Shown here: positions 1 through 8,643 of the stretch, piece by piece | Layout of the letters: each line of letters opens with the position of its first letter | Position numbering within the stretch: position 1 is the first letter of the stretch | Assembly: GCA_964583685.1 (NCBI GenBank) | Contig: CAZOVJ010000002.1 | Span: forward strand, 213,862-277,861 | Direction: 5' to 3' | Length of the DNA stretch: 64,000 bases | Origin: an uncultured Gammaproteobacteria bacterium | GTDB taxonomy: Bacteria; Patescibacteriota; Microgenomatia; UBA8517 | Made by a program: the position numbers and the translations under genes | The notes under the pieces: generated by a model | Told to the model about the DNA's origin: nothing | What the model saw: only the letters and a program-made list of their open reading frames with translations | Databases searched by the model: none

Positions 1-463
1 CCTGGTCAACCTCGGAAAGCTTGGTCACATCCACAATAAACTTTTCCGGTAGGTTCTTGGCCAATGCTTCTACTTCCACCTCGTTAAGTTGGACAACCAT
101 AATTCCCTTGCCAGACTTCTCGGCCGGAGGCTCTCCTACTATTTCGATCGGCACAGCGGTGGAAACCTTTTCCCTGAGATTAACTTGTAAAAAATCCAAG
201 TGTAATGGCTCTTCGTTAATCGGGTCTGTCTGAACGTTGTGGATCAAGGCCGGTTTTTTAAGCGAACCAAGCAGAAGCTCAATAAGACCAGTTTCCCCCA
301 CCTTTTTATAAAGAGCTTGGAACTCGCTCTTTTTGACTTGGATTGCCAAGGATTTTATCTTTTTGCCATAAATATTCGCCGGTAAAATGCCCTGTTTCCG
401 GAGTTTTTTTACCTTTCTTCCTAAAATTTTTCTTTTTTCTACTTTAAGCGTGTGTTTCTTCAT
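1..463 (-). CDS. rplY: 50S ribosomal protein L25/Ctc (bL25), 3' partial (runs off window start)
   Basis: Minus-strand translation from ATG (rc of 461-463) reads MKKHTLKVEKRKILGRKVKKLRKQGILPANIYGK...LHLDFLQVN..., the L25/Ctc N-terminal pattern; no stop before position 1. Not in ORF track because truncated. Confidence 0.65.
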   Translation of the reverse strand, partial: MKKHTLKVEKRKILGRKVKKLRKQGILPANIYGKKIKSLAIQVKKSEFQALYKKVGETGLIELLLGSLKKPALIHNVQTDPINEEPLHLDFLQVNLREKVSTAVPIEIVGEPPAEKSGKGIMVVQLNEVEVEALAKNLPEKFIVDVTKLSEVDQ

Positions 464-465
464 CT

Positions 466-3132
466 TTACCAATCAATCTGGGCGCTGAAATCTTTCAACA
501 GGTTTGTATTATATCCAAAAGTCTCCCCGTCGGTCAAGGAAAAACCAGGAACTACTCTGACCGGTTTTCTAGGTATTGCCAGTTTAATTATAATAGGATC
601 TTTGTCTGTCCCTGATTGCTTTTGCCACCCCAGAAGATATTTGCCGGGCCGGGAAAAATCTAAATGGGCCGGCGTATGCCAAGAAAAGATGATGCTTTTC
701 TTTTGACCTGGAGCTAAAGTTAGCAAGACTCCTGCCTCCAATCTACCAGGAAGCTTCTTTATCTCCGGAGTTAAATATCTTTTAGCCTGGGCACTAATTA
801 TCTTAACTGAATCAAAAAAGCTGTCCTCAGTAGTTATTGTTCTGATGTAAACCTTGTAACGGCCGGTAATATCTAGCGCGGCTGGAGCATTGTTTTGTAA
901 ATCAATGGTCAGACGATTATCAATCTTGTTTTGGCTGAGAACGGAAAATAACTCTGCTCTTCGTTCTATAAAATAATTGACCTTGTTTACTCCCACATTG
1001 GCCTCGATTATAACCAACCAAGAAACAGCACAATTTCCTTTACAGCCAAGAGGCTTCACTGCTCCGTCCCAATTCAGTAAAGAAACCGCCTGGTTCACCT
1101 TAGTATTATCAACAAATATCTGGATGTGTTGTGTCTCGAGGTTTTCAAAAAGAATACGTCCTACCCGAAGATAATCAGTTGAGTCCAAGTTGGTTAGTTT
1201 GGTCAAAATTACTTGAACCAAGGCAGTGAGAAAGTTAGCTTTCTTGTGCGAACCCGGGAAAAACTCAGATTCAACTTCGTACTGAATCTTTTCATAAACA
1301 TTTTTATAATCAATCTCTTGGCCAAAGTCAGGCAGTCTAACCGGGCCCAACTCTTTAAGAAAAGACTTAACAAGTTCTAAATCGATGGCCACAACCCCAT
1401 CCACCTTTCTGTCTATCTCTTTTTCCAAAAACCACTCCGCTCTCCTGGCAGAGGTGGGAAAATCCGGGTCCCAATTAGAATCTCTTAGAAACCAATTTGC
1501 CTCTCCTAAATAATCTCGGATGGCAACAGGAGGCTCAACATGGCCCTTCAGCTGTCCATCCGCCGAGTAGACATCAAGAACACTCATGTCAATTAATCTT
1601 CCCTTGTCAAAAGTTACCAAAGCAAAAGAACCGATAAAGCCCCCGGTGGGTCTCAATTCCATGTTATTTTGAAAAAGTACCAAATAAGTTTTCGGTCTGT
1701 CCGACCCCAAAAGAAGAGGTAAACAACCGGCTATTTCTCTAAGGGGGCCCATATATTTCCTAAATTCTCTTAAAACCTGCCCTTGAGAAAGAAGGTTTTT
1801 GCCAAAAAGCGATGATTGGTCAATCTCGCTCTCTAGAAATGAAATCTCTTGATATAAAAACTCAAGTTCTAGAACCATCTCTTTTGAAAGCTGCCCAATA
1901 TCGTATTCTTGGTCGCTGAAAATTCCATTAACCAAAGTAAAAAGGTTATCCAGAAAGACAATTCCTCTTTTACCTGTTAAACTGGCTCTTTGCAAAACAG
2001 AGGCTGTTTCAGCCATAAAATTAAGCCTTTCAATTAACATCCCCTGCTTGGCCAGGACCGCCAGTTTTTCTGAAATATTGAGAAGAACTTGAGCAGAATC
2101 CCAGCGTCCCTTTAAAGCAGTTCTGTAAGCTAAAGTTAGGGCCGCCCCTGAAGCGAACATTGAAACAAAAGGTAAAATTAAAAGCCAGAGAAAAAGCAAA
2201 AATAGAAATGCTACCTGCCGCCACCTAAAAGAAAATCGCCATCTCAATCTTGGGGTTATTCTTTTTTGTTCTGGTTCTGGTTTCAGTTTTTCTGGTTCGA
2301 TCCCTTGCCGAGCAAACCATGCAAAAGTTTGTTTTAAAAAATCTTTGTCTGGCTTTTTAACAACAACAAAACCAGAAACATTAGCCAGGGGAAATTCTTT
2401 CATTGAGGCTACTTTAATAAATGAAAGTCCTGTTTTTATTTGTTGAAGTCTTTTCAGAAATTTATAGACCGTAGTTTTTCTCACTAAAGCGGTCTTCTTT
2501 TTTGCAAACCCATAAGAAAAAATTGCCCCAATCAATTCCTTTACCGCCTGACCGACAAAAAGAGGAAAAATCGGGAAATCTTCTTCTGGTATTCGAATCG
2601 CTCCTCCAGAAATAGCTTCTTTAATCATTTGGCCAACAATCTCCTGACTTGAAAGGTACATCTTCGGACCATATAGCTGGCCGAGAAAAACAATTCCCGG
2701 CTCGGGCGTAAGTTTTTGTAAATATTGGTCAACCAAGGCTTCTGTTAATTTCTGCGATGCGCTCGTCTGAACATAGGGAAGGAAAACATAAGTTTTTGTC
2801 TTAACTCTTTGGACAAAGGAAAAGACTCTAGACAATCTCTTGCTTATCTTTCTGGAATATTCTTTTTCGTTTTTGGCTGTTTCAATTCCTTCAATAATAA
2901 AAACATAATCCGCCCTTTCGGGTAATTTATTCTTCAGTTTAAAAATCTTCAAATTATTGTTGTCTTTTAAATAGGCTGTCTCCCTTACCCATTGTTTTGC
3001 CTTTTCTGTAAAGACATTAACAATACAGTGATTAGCCAAAAGTGAATCAACTAAATGGATAGATAAAATATTCACTTCTGAAAAAATCACCACCGAAGGC
3101 TTTGTTTCAAGACTGACAATCTGCGAGGCCAT
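466..3132 (-). CDS. Large membrane-associated protein, DUF4012-like (motif LVLFQNNMELRPTGGFIGSF) with Rossmann-like N-terminus and one TM
   Basis: 888-aa ORF; central hydrophobic segment FLFLLFLWLLILPFV; conserved-looking NxxExRxTGGFIG motif I associate with DUF4012 proteins of cell-envelope loci. Family assignment from memory only. Confidence 0.4.
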   Translation of the reverse strand: MASQIVSLETKPSVVIFSEVNILSIHLVDSLLANHCIVNVFTEKAKQWVRETAYLKDNNNLKIFKLKNKLPERADYVFIIEGIETAKNEKEYSRKISKRLSRVFSFVQRVKTKTYVFLPYVQTSASQKLTEALVDQYLQKLTPEPGIVFLGQLYGPKMYLSSQEIVGQMIKEAISGGAIRIPEEDFPIFPLFVGQAVKELIGAIFSYGFAKKKTALVRKTTVYKFLKRLQQIKTGLSFIKVASMKEFPLANVSGFVVVKKPDKDFLKQTFAWFARQGIEPEKLKPEPEQKRITPRLRWRFSFRWRQVAFLFLLFLWLLILPFVSMFASGAALTLAYRTALKGRWDSAQVLLNISEKLAVLAKQGMLIERLNFMAETASVLQRASLTGKRGIVFLDNLFTLVNGIFSDQEYDIGQLSKEMVLELEFLYQEISFLESEIDQSSLFGKNLLSQGQVLREFRKYMGPLREIAGCLPLLLGSDRPKTYLVLFQNNMELRPTGGFIGSFALVTFDKGRLIDMSVLDVYSADGQLKGHVEPPVAIRDYLGEANWFLRDSNWDPDFPTSARRAEWFLEKEIDRKVDGVVAIDLELVKSFLKELGPVRLPDFGQEIDYKNVYEKIQYEVESEFFPGSHKKANFLTALVQVILTKLTNLDSTDYLRVGRILFENLETQHIQIFVDNTKVNQAVSLLNWDGAVKPLGCKGNCAVSWLVIIEANVGVNKVNYFIERRAELFSVLSQNKIDNRLTIDLQNNAPAALDITGRYKVYIRTITTEDSFFDSVKIISAQAKRYLTPEIKKLPGRLEAGVLLTLAPGQKKSIIFSWHTPAHLDFSRPGKYLLGWQKQSGTDKDPIIIKLAIPRKPVRVVPGFSLTDGETFGYNTNLLKDFSAQIDW

Positions 3133-3214
3133 GGTAATTCATCCTACTTTTCCGCAAAAGACTAATTTCCCTTATCAAAGACTTGTCGGTCATCAACAAG
3201 AAAAGCTGGGCTTT

Positions 3215-3628
3215 TCAAGTGACGGAGAAATCTAAAGTCGTGTTAACCAAAAGGTCTGCTTTCTTGTTTTCCTCCCTGGGAATGTGTTTATAATTTACTA
3301 CTAAATCGAGGCCTCTCTCTAGTTCCTTAATCTTTAAAACCAAAAGTTGAAGCTTTCTGTTTTTAATTCTAAACTCGCCTTTTAATTGCTTTACAACCAA
3401 CTTTGAATCCAGATAGAAATATATTCTTTGAAAACTAATTTTATCTTTGTTTTTTAACAACCAGCCAAGGGCCATTATCACTGCTTGATATTCGGCAACA
3501 TTGTTGGTGGCCTGACCTAAAAACTTCGCTTCTTGGCAAACTACCTTTTTGTTCTCGTCAAAGACCACAAAGGCGGAAGCGGCCGGCCCAGGGTTACCTC
3601 TCGCCCCGCCATCACAGTAAATTTTCAT
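3215..3628 (-). CDS. rnhA: Ribonuclease HI
   Basis: MKIYCDGGARGNPGPAASAFV...ATNNVAEYQAVIMAL: canonical RNase H DGG/GNPGP and NN-AEY motifs. Confidence 0.8.
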   Translation of the reverse strand: MKIYCDGGARGNPGPAASAFVVFDENKKVVCQEAKFLGQATNNVAEYQAVIMALGWLLKNKDKISFQRIYFYLDSKLVVKQLKGEFRIKNRKLQLLVLKIKELERGLDLVVNYKHIPREENKKADLLVNTTLDFSVT

Positions 3629-4902
3629 TCTCTGATTGTATCACCTTTTAAGGAAAAGAGGGCACCCAAGACAAGAGCAAAAAGGAGCTGTGTTTGTTGA
3701 AGTGTAAACCAATAATGATCAACTACTCCGCTTAATAAAATTACCAGAAAAGCAAAAATTAAATGCTGATGATTCCTCGCTTCTGCTTTCTTTAAAGCCC
3801 TAAATATTATGTAAAAGAAAAGCAAAAAACCGATTATCCCCATCTCACTAAGAATTAAAAGGTAGATGTTGTGGACCGGCTGCAGCTGCCAAATAACTCG
3901 AGGTTGAAAAAAGGCCCAATTGGCCTTTTGAATCTGGGGAAGTAGAGCAATAAAGTTACCCGCACCGACTCCTATCAGTGGAGATTTTACAAAGGCTATG
4001 CCCGCGGCCACCACCAACTCTAGCCTATCTTGGACATTTTCTGGAAAAGAATAATTAGCAAGTATCACTCCTTTACTAACAATCGGCAAAATCAAGGAAC
4101 CGACGATTAACAAAACTACCAACGGTGAACAAGAAAACGAAATATTCAACCTGTTTTTGAACTTCACTAAAAGAAAAACCAACAAAGCGACCAGCCAGAC
4201 ATTTTGAGAAAAGGAAAGGACGATTATAACAAAAGCCATGAGCACCGAGAAAAAATATAAAAGGCTTTTCCCCTTCTCTTTAAAAAGAAGGGCTACAACA
4301 ACCAAAGAATAACCGGCTAAGGCATTTGGGTGAGGAAAGGTAGCATACGGTCTTAAATAACTTCTCTCAAACAGGTTAAAGAGGGCGATACCAGGAGTAG
4401 AAGAGCTAAAGGTTCTCTCGCCCAAAAAATAGAAAGGGCCGCCAATCGTTCTCTGTAAAAGAAATTGACCAAGGCTAATCAGTCCGGTATAGATAATCGA
4501 GACTGCCAAGGGAAGGACAACCAGCTTATTCTTCTGTTTGTAATTAACAGAAAAATAAAACACCAACAAACCAATCTCCAAAAATTTAAACCATTTAAGA
4601 AGTGCCACTTGCCAAACAAAGGCAAAATAAACATTCAGAAAAGCAAAAAATATTAGGCAAAAAATAGCAAGCATCCCCGCCCCTCCCGGGCTTGATAACC
4701 GATGACTACTCCCCTTCAAATCAATCAGCCAAAAAACTATTAATAAAAAAACAAGAATATCCGTTAAGTAAATGGCTGGAGAAAGATAATCAACCCTTAT
4801 TCCAAAAATTAAGGCCCATTTTGGCCAAAAATGATAGCCCAGCTGGATAGGTAGAAGGGCAAGTAAGATCTGAAATAGGCGATGATGAAGCTTCATCGCC
4901 AA
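3625..4902 (-). CDS. O-antigen ligase-like (Wzy_C domain) polytopic membrane protein
   Basis: About 10 TM segments; motif QPVHNIYLLILSEMGIIGF matches the H-N-x-(Y/F)-L-x4-E-x-G signature of the O-antigen ligase/Wzy_C family. Confidence 0.55.
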   Translation of the reverse strand: MAMKLHHRLFQILLALLPIQLGYHFWPKWALIFGIRVDYLSPAIYLTDILVFLLIVFWLIDLKGSSHRLSSPGGAGMLAIFCLIFFAFLNVYFAFVWQVALLKWFKFLEIGLLVFYFSVNYKQKNKLVVLPLAVSIIYTGLISLGQFLLQRTIGGPFYFLGERTFSSSTPGIALFNLFERSYLRPYATFPHPNALAGYSLVVVALLFKEKGKSLLYFFSVLMAFVIIVLSFSQNVWLVALLVFLLVKFKNRLNISFSCSPLVVLLIVGSLILPIVSKGVILANYSFPENVQDRLELVVAAGIAFVKSPLIGVGAGNFIALLPQIQKANWAFFQPRVIWQLQPVHNIYLLILSEMGIIGFLLFFYIIFRALKKAEARNHQHLIFAFLVILLSGVVDHYWFTLQQTQLLFALVLGALFSLKGDTIRE

Positions 4903-4915
4903 TATTATAGCCTTT

Positions 4916-5386
4916 CTAAGATTTTATTTTAATAACTAGAAATCTTTCTTCTCCTTCTCCCTCGGATTCAGTTTCAATATCTTTGTTGTCTGATAGAGCA
5001 AGGTGAATTATTCTCCTCTGCCCCGGAGAAAGATTGTAGAGATACTGTGGCTCTCCAGTTAATTTTGCCCGTTCTGCTGCTTGCTTGGCTAAAAATTCCA
5101 AGTGCTCTTCTTGCTTCACTCGCCAATCACCAATATTAACAACAGTCCTCGGCCAACTCCCTGTTTTTTGGGCAATGGCCACTCTTAAAAAAAACTGGAT
5201 GGCATTCAAAGTTTCTCCGTGCCTACCAATTAAAAGCCCAACCTCCTTGTCCGGCTCGATATCAATCTTTAATGTCTCGTTTAGCTGGACATCAATTTTT
5301 GCCCCTATTCCCAAAAGGGCAAAAAGCTCACCAGATAATATCTCTGCCTCTTTTTTTAAATCTTTACTTTTTTCTTTCTTTGCCAT
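4916..5386 (-). CDS. khpB: Jag/KhpB RNA-binding protein (KH + R3H)
   Basis: R3H-like LSPGQRRIIHLAL motif, KH-like GRHGETLNAIQF; located immediately downstream of yidC as in the conserved yidC-jag operon. Confidence 0.7.
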   Translation of the reverse strand: MAKKEKSKDLKKEAEILSGELFALLGIGAKIDVQLNETLKIDIEPDKEVGLLIGRHGETLNAIQFFLRVAIAQKTGSWPRTVVNIGDWRVKQEEHLEFLAKQAAERAKLTGEPQYLYNLSPGQRRIIHLALSDNKDIETESEGEGEERFLVIKIKS

Positions 5387-6245
5387 TTGAACCAGGTAAT
5401 TTTAACAGACCAAGTTTCTTAATCCAAGGAGTCATTCCTCCCCAACCAGCCATCCTATATTGTTGAACGGTTTGGTATAAAGAAAAAACCACCCAGTAGA
5501 TTGCCAGCCCAGAAGGAAAACGCATACCAATAATCAGAGTAAAAAAGGGCATGGTGTAAATCATCGATTTTTGCATCGCTACCTGAAAATCATCTGCTTC
5601 GCCTTTGGTTTTTTTGGCAATTTTCTTTTCTGTTTCAATATAGGGAGTCATTATTTTTGCTGAAATGAACTGACTAATGGCGGCCGTAATAAGTACTGGC
5701 CCAGGAATGGCAAAAGCCAGAAAAGGCAATTTAAGAAGGTCGGGTTTAGCAATGTCTAGATAAAGAAATTTTGTATTGATAACCGCGCCCTGAGAAAATC
5801 TCAACGGCTGATACAAAAGCTCATTAAATTTGGAAACAGTATCACCATCACTAGAAAGTGCTCTTAAAAAAACCTGAAACAGGGCAATAAGAACAACTAG
5901 TTGTAAAAGTTGAGGAAGACACCCTGCTCCTGGATTAATACCCTTTTGTTTATAAAATTCGGCTTGAGCTTGCATTAATTTTTTCCTATCACCCTTGTGT
6001 CTTTTTTTCAGTTTTGCCAATTGGGGCTCGAACTCCTTCATCTTCTTCATGGATTTCATTGAGGACTTTGTTAAAGGACTAAAAACAACCCTTAAAAAAA
6101 GGGAGAAACCAATAATGGCCAAGCCCAAATTCTGGCCAAGCAGCTTATAAAAAAGCACTAGTCCATTGGCTAAAGGTTGAATGAGAAAAACGGTAAAGAT
6201 GTTCATAAAACAGGATCGTAGCTTGGTTGGCCCAAGGGATGACAA
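5364..6245 (-). CDS. yidC: Membrane protein insertase YidC/Oxa1 (short form)
   Basis: Motifs KQKGINPGAGCLPQLLQLVVLIALFQVF and 5 TM; synteny with yidD-rnpA-rpmH. Confidence 0.85.
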   Translation of the reverse strand: MSSLGPTKLRSCFMNIFTVFLIQPLANGLVLFYKLLGQNLGLAIIGFSLFLRVVFSPLTKSSMKSMKKMKEFEPQLAKLKKRHKGDRKKLMQAQAEFYKQKGINPGAGCLPQLLQLVVLIALFQVFLRALSSDGDTVSKFNELLYQPLRFSQGAVINTKFLYLDIAKPDLLKLPFLAFAIPGPVLITAAISQFISAKIMTPYIETEKKIAKKTKGEADDFQVAMQKSMIYTMPFFTLIIGMRFPSGLAIYWVVFSLYQTVQQYRMAGWGGMTPWIKKLGLLKLPGSNGKERKK

Positions 6246-6424
6246 CGGATAATCCTTTTAAGGCCTAAAAATACTCCCCTCACAACTCCATATCTGGTAA
6301 TAGCCTCCTGACAATAACAAGAACAAGTTGGCCTAAATCGACAGCCACCACTAAAAAGCAAGCTAAAAAAGCCAGAAAAAAATCTCTGATAAAAAACAAT
6401 CAATAAAATCAGTACCTTTCTCAT
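6203..6424 (-). CDS. yidD: Membrane protein insertion efficiency factor YidD
   Basis: CRFRPTCSCYCQEAI...RGVFLGLKRIIRCHPLG: the YidD CRFxPTCSxY signature. Confidence 0.8.
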   Translation of the reverse strand: MRKVLILLIVFYQRFFSGFFSLLFSGGCRFRPTCSCYCQEAITRYGVVRGVFLGLKRIIRCHPLGQPSYDPVL

Positions 6425-6765
6425 TTTAATAACCCGGCGTCCCTCAGGCTCTCCTGGACTTCCCCCACAAGTTCATCTGCATATTTTCTAAGAACTATTT
6501 GTTTGGCCAAAAAGAGACAATCAAATCCATCCTTGATATAGGCAACTAAGTGTCTGGTTGCTTCACTCAGAACCCTTTTAACCCTATTCCTCTTGGAAGC
6601 ATCCTTAGATATTTTTGTTGAAATAACAAAGCCAAAACGAGAGGGTTCGTCATCTCCCCGGCGCAGAGTTACTAGGGCAAAGGACTCGCTTTGCCAAAGC
6701 TTACCCTCTTTTTTTATCCTCTCAAAGGCAAATTTATCTTTTAAGCGATTTTGGCGAGCCAACAT
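6421..6765 (-). CDS. rnpA: RNase P protein component
   Basis: 114 aa, ...KDASKRNRVKRVLSEATR... RnpA RNR-motif; start ATG overlaps rpmH stop (TAATG). Confidence 0.85.
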   Translation of the reverse strand: MLARQNRLKDKFAFERIKKEGKLWQSESFALVTLRRGDDEPSRFGFVISTKISKDASKRNRVKRVLSEATRHLVAYIKDGFDCLFLAKQIVLRKYADELVGEVQESLRDAGLLK

Positions 6766-6902
6766 TAGCTAGACAGTTTCTCCCTTCCTTTTAATCTTCT
6801 CCTACGAAGAATTTTCCGGCCAGAAGCGCTTCTCATTCTTACCCTAAAGCCATGGCTTCTTTTTCTTTTTCTTCCACTCGGTTGGTACGTTCTCTTGGGC
6901 AC
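6765..6902 (-). CDS. rpmH: 50S ribosomal protein L34
   Basis: GTG-initiated 45 codons: (M)[44 protein letters not shown]. Classic L34 sequence; not in ORF track (<60 aa). Confidence 0.85.
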   Translation of the reverse strand: MPKRTYQPSGRKRKRSHGFRVRMRSASGRKILRRRRLKGREKLSS

Positions 6903-6981
6903 AATAGGATGATTATATCACTGCAGTTACCAATTTCCAACCAACTAATTAATTATTTTCAGCCTTCGCCTTTTTTCGGGG

Positions 6982-7011
6982 TTGACGGCCTGTGGATATC
7001 TTAATTAATAT
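6982..7011 (+). promoter_or_regulatory. Candidate dnaA promoter (TTGACG-N17-TTAATA) with DnaA box TGTGGATAT in the spacer
   Basis: TTGACG at 6982-6987, 17-nt spacer containing rc of ATATCCACA (6991-6999), -10-like TTAATA at 7005-7010, dnaA ATG at 7078: autoregulatory layout. Confidence 0.4.
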
Positions 7012-7077
7012 GCAATTGCTTCTTTTGGCAAACTTTCTGCTCGTGCTTTTTGACTTAATTTATTAATCTGGAAAAAA

Positions 7078-8448
7078 ATGACAAAGTACAACAAGAACAA
7101 AATCTGGCACGAAGTACTAGAAAGCGTCAAGGTTTCTATTTCACCAGCTATTTTCTCAACCTGGCTTTCTCAGACCCATTTGTCAGAGCTAAAACAAATT
7201 AATAATAAAAGATGTCTGGTAGAAGTTGGTTGCTCTTCTTCGTTCGTTAAAACAACAGTTGAACAAAGATATTTTGGACTTCTTCAAAACTCTCTGGCTA
7301 AAGCCCTTAAACTTAATTGCGACTTGGTCTTTATAGTGAAACAAAACCCGCTAATGGAGACAGACCAAGAAGACTTCTCCAGTCCGCTTTTTGAACAGAG
7401 AAACGAGTATCAAGAATTTCTGGATAGGTTAATAAGCACAAGAATTAATTCCCACTATACTTTTGAGAATTTTGCTGTTTCTACCTCAAACCAGATGGCC
7501 TGGGCTGCAGCCGAGGCAGTGGCCAAAAAACCGGCTCATGCTTATAATCCCCTCTTTGTTTGGGGAGGAGTAGGAGTCGGCAAAACTCATTTAATGAACG
7601 CTGTTGCCTACCGCCTACTTAAAAAAAATATCGATGCCAAGGTATTCTTTTGCACTGGCGAGGAGTTCACCAATGACATTGTTGAGGGAATAAGAAATAA
7701 AACCACTCAATCTTTTCGAAGTAAATACAGAAAGCTTGAAGTACTTTTGATAGACGATATCCAATTCATTGCTGGAAAAGATGCTGTCCAGGATGAATTT
7801 TTCCACACCTTTAACGCTGTCACTGCCGCCGGAGGACAAATTATCTTAACTTCTGACAAGCATCCTTCTGAAATTGCCAGATTGGCTGGTCGTCTAAGAA
7901 GCCGTTTTCAGGCTGGTTTGATTGTTGACATTTCTCCTCCAGACTTCGAGCTTCGTTGTGCTATTGTTCAGATAAAATCAAGGCAAAGAAAAGTATCACT
8001 TCCTATGGATTTTGTTCAGTTAATAGCCGGAAATATCAACACTGCCCGGGAATTGGAGGGATTTATTATTCGCCTCATCTCTGAAACAAAAATTAAAAAG
8101 ACGGAAATCAATGAGGAACTCATCAAAAACCTACTTGGTCAGGGAATGGATACCAAAGAAAAGAGAAAAACTACAAGCCCGGAGGAGCTGGTAAGCGCTG
8201 TCTGTCAACATTTCTCAATCAGTAAAAGAGCAATGATGGGCCAGGCCCGTGCAAGAATTATTGCCCGGCCAAGACAAATTTTGATGTACCTCCTAAGAAC
8301 AGAGCTGGGTTTACCTTTTGAAGAAGCGGGAAGAATTGTTGGCCGGGACCATTCAACTGTTATTCATGCTGTGAATAGAATAACTCAAATGGCCTCCACC
8401 AATGTGCAAATCCGTGAGGATATCCTGGGGATTAAAGATTCCCTTTAG
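7078..8448 (+). CDS. dnaA: Chromosomal replication initiator DnaA
   Basis: Walker A GGVGVGKTHL, AAA+ box, C-terminal DNA-binding HTH (...VIHAVNRI...). Confidence 0.95.
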   Translation: MTKYNKNKIWHEVLESVKVSISPAIFSTWLSQTHLSELKQINNKRCLVEVGCSSSFVKTTVEQRYFGLLQNSLAKALKLNCDLVFIVKQNPLMETDQEDFSSPLFEQRNEYQEFLDRLISTRINSHYTFENFAVSTSNQMAWAAAEAVAKKPAHAYNPLFVWGGVGVGKTHLMNAVAYRLLKKNIDAKVFFCTGEEFTNDIVEGIRNKTTQSFRSKYRKLEVLLIDDIQFIAGKDAVQDEFFHTFNAVTAAGGQIILTSDKHPSEIARLAGRLRSRFQAGLIVDISPPDFELRCAIVQIKSRQRKVSLPMDFVQLIAGNINTARELEGFIIRLISETKIKKTEINEELIKNLLGQGMDTKEKRKTTSPEELVSAVCQHFSISKRAMMGQARARIIARPRQILMYLLRTELGLPFEEAGRIVGRDHSTVIHAVNRITQMASTNVQIREDILGIKDSL

Positions 8449-8643
8449 GGAAAACTTTTGAGATTTATTCACTTATCAACAAAATGTTTTACTTTATCCA
8501 CAATTTTATAAACATATGAATATGTTCAATATCAACAAAGCAGTTTCCAGTCAACTAGGCATGACTATCCACATATCCACACTCTCTACTACTACTACTA
8601 CTAATATTAATATAGAAAAATACTATCTGGTTCTTGTATACTA
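8449..8643. promoter_or_regulatory. Candidate oriC: DnaA-box cluster plus AT-rich unwinding element
   Basis: TTATCAACA 8473-8481, perfect TTATCCACA 8494-8502, ATATCAACA 8529-8537, CTATCCACA 8565-8573, ATATCCACA 8573-8581, then (TAC)5 8588-8602 followed by TAATATTAATATAGAAAAATA. Confidence 0.6.

Noticed and set aside
21-233. 70-aa + strand ORF at window start
   Set aside because: Antisense to the clearly recognisable L25/Ctc coding sequence on the minus strand.
977-1174. Group of short ORFs nested antisense in long genes (also 2030..2224, 4465..4656, 5085..5390, 7615..7839, 9213..9488, 10320..10541, 11183..11422, 12241..12585, 17060..17362, 20107..20433, 25082..25414, 26535..26894, 35987..36343, 51884..52315, 52127..52504)
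   Set aside because: Entirely contained within or antisense to larger ORFs with recognisable products; no independent RBS or motif support.
8588-8602. CRISPR array search (including the (TAC)5 tract, the 7-mer/14-mer repeats at 23801-23871 and TTCACTGT-like repeats at 27490-27540)
   Set aside because: All are short tandem simple-sequence repeats without unique spacers; no cas genes present.
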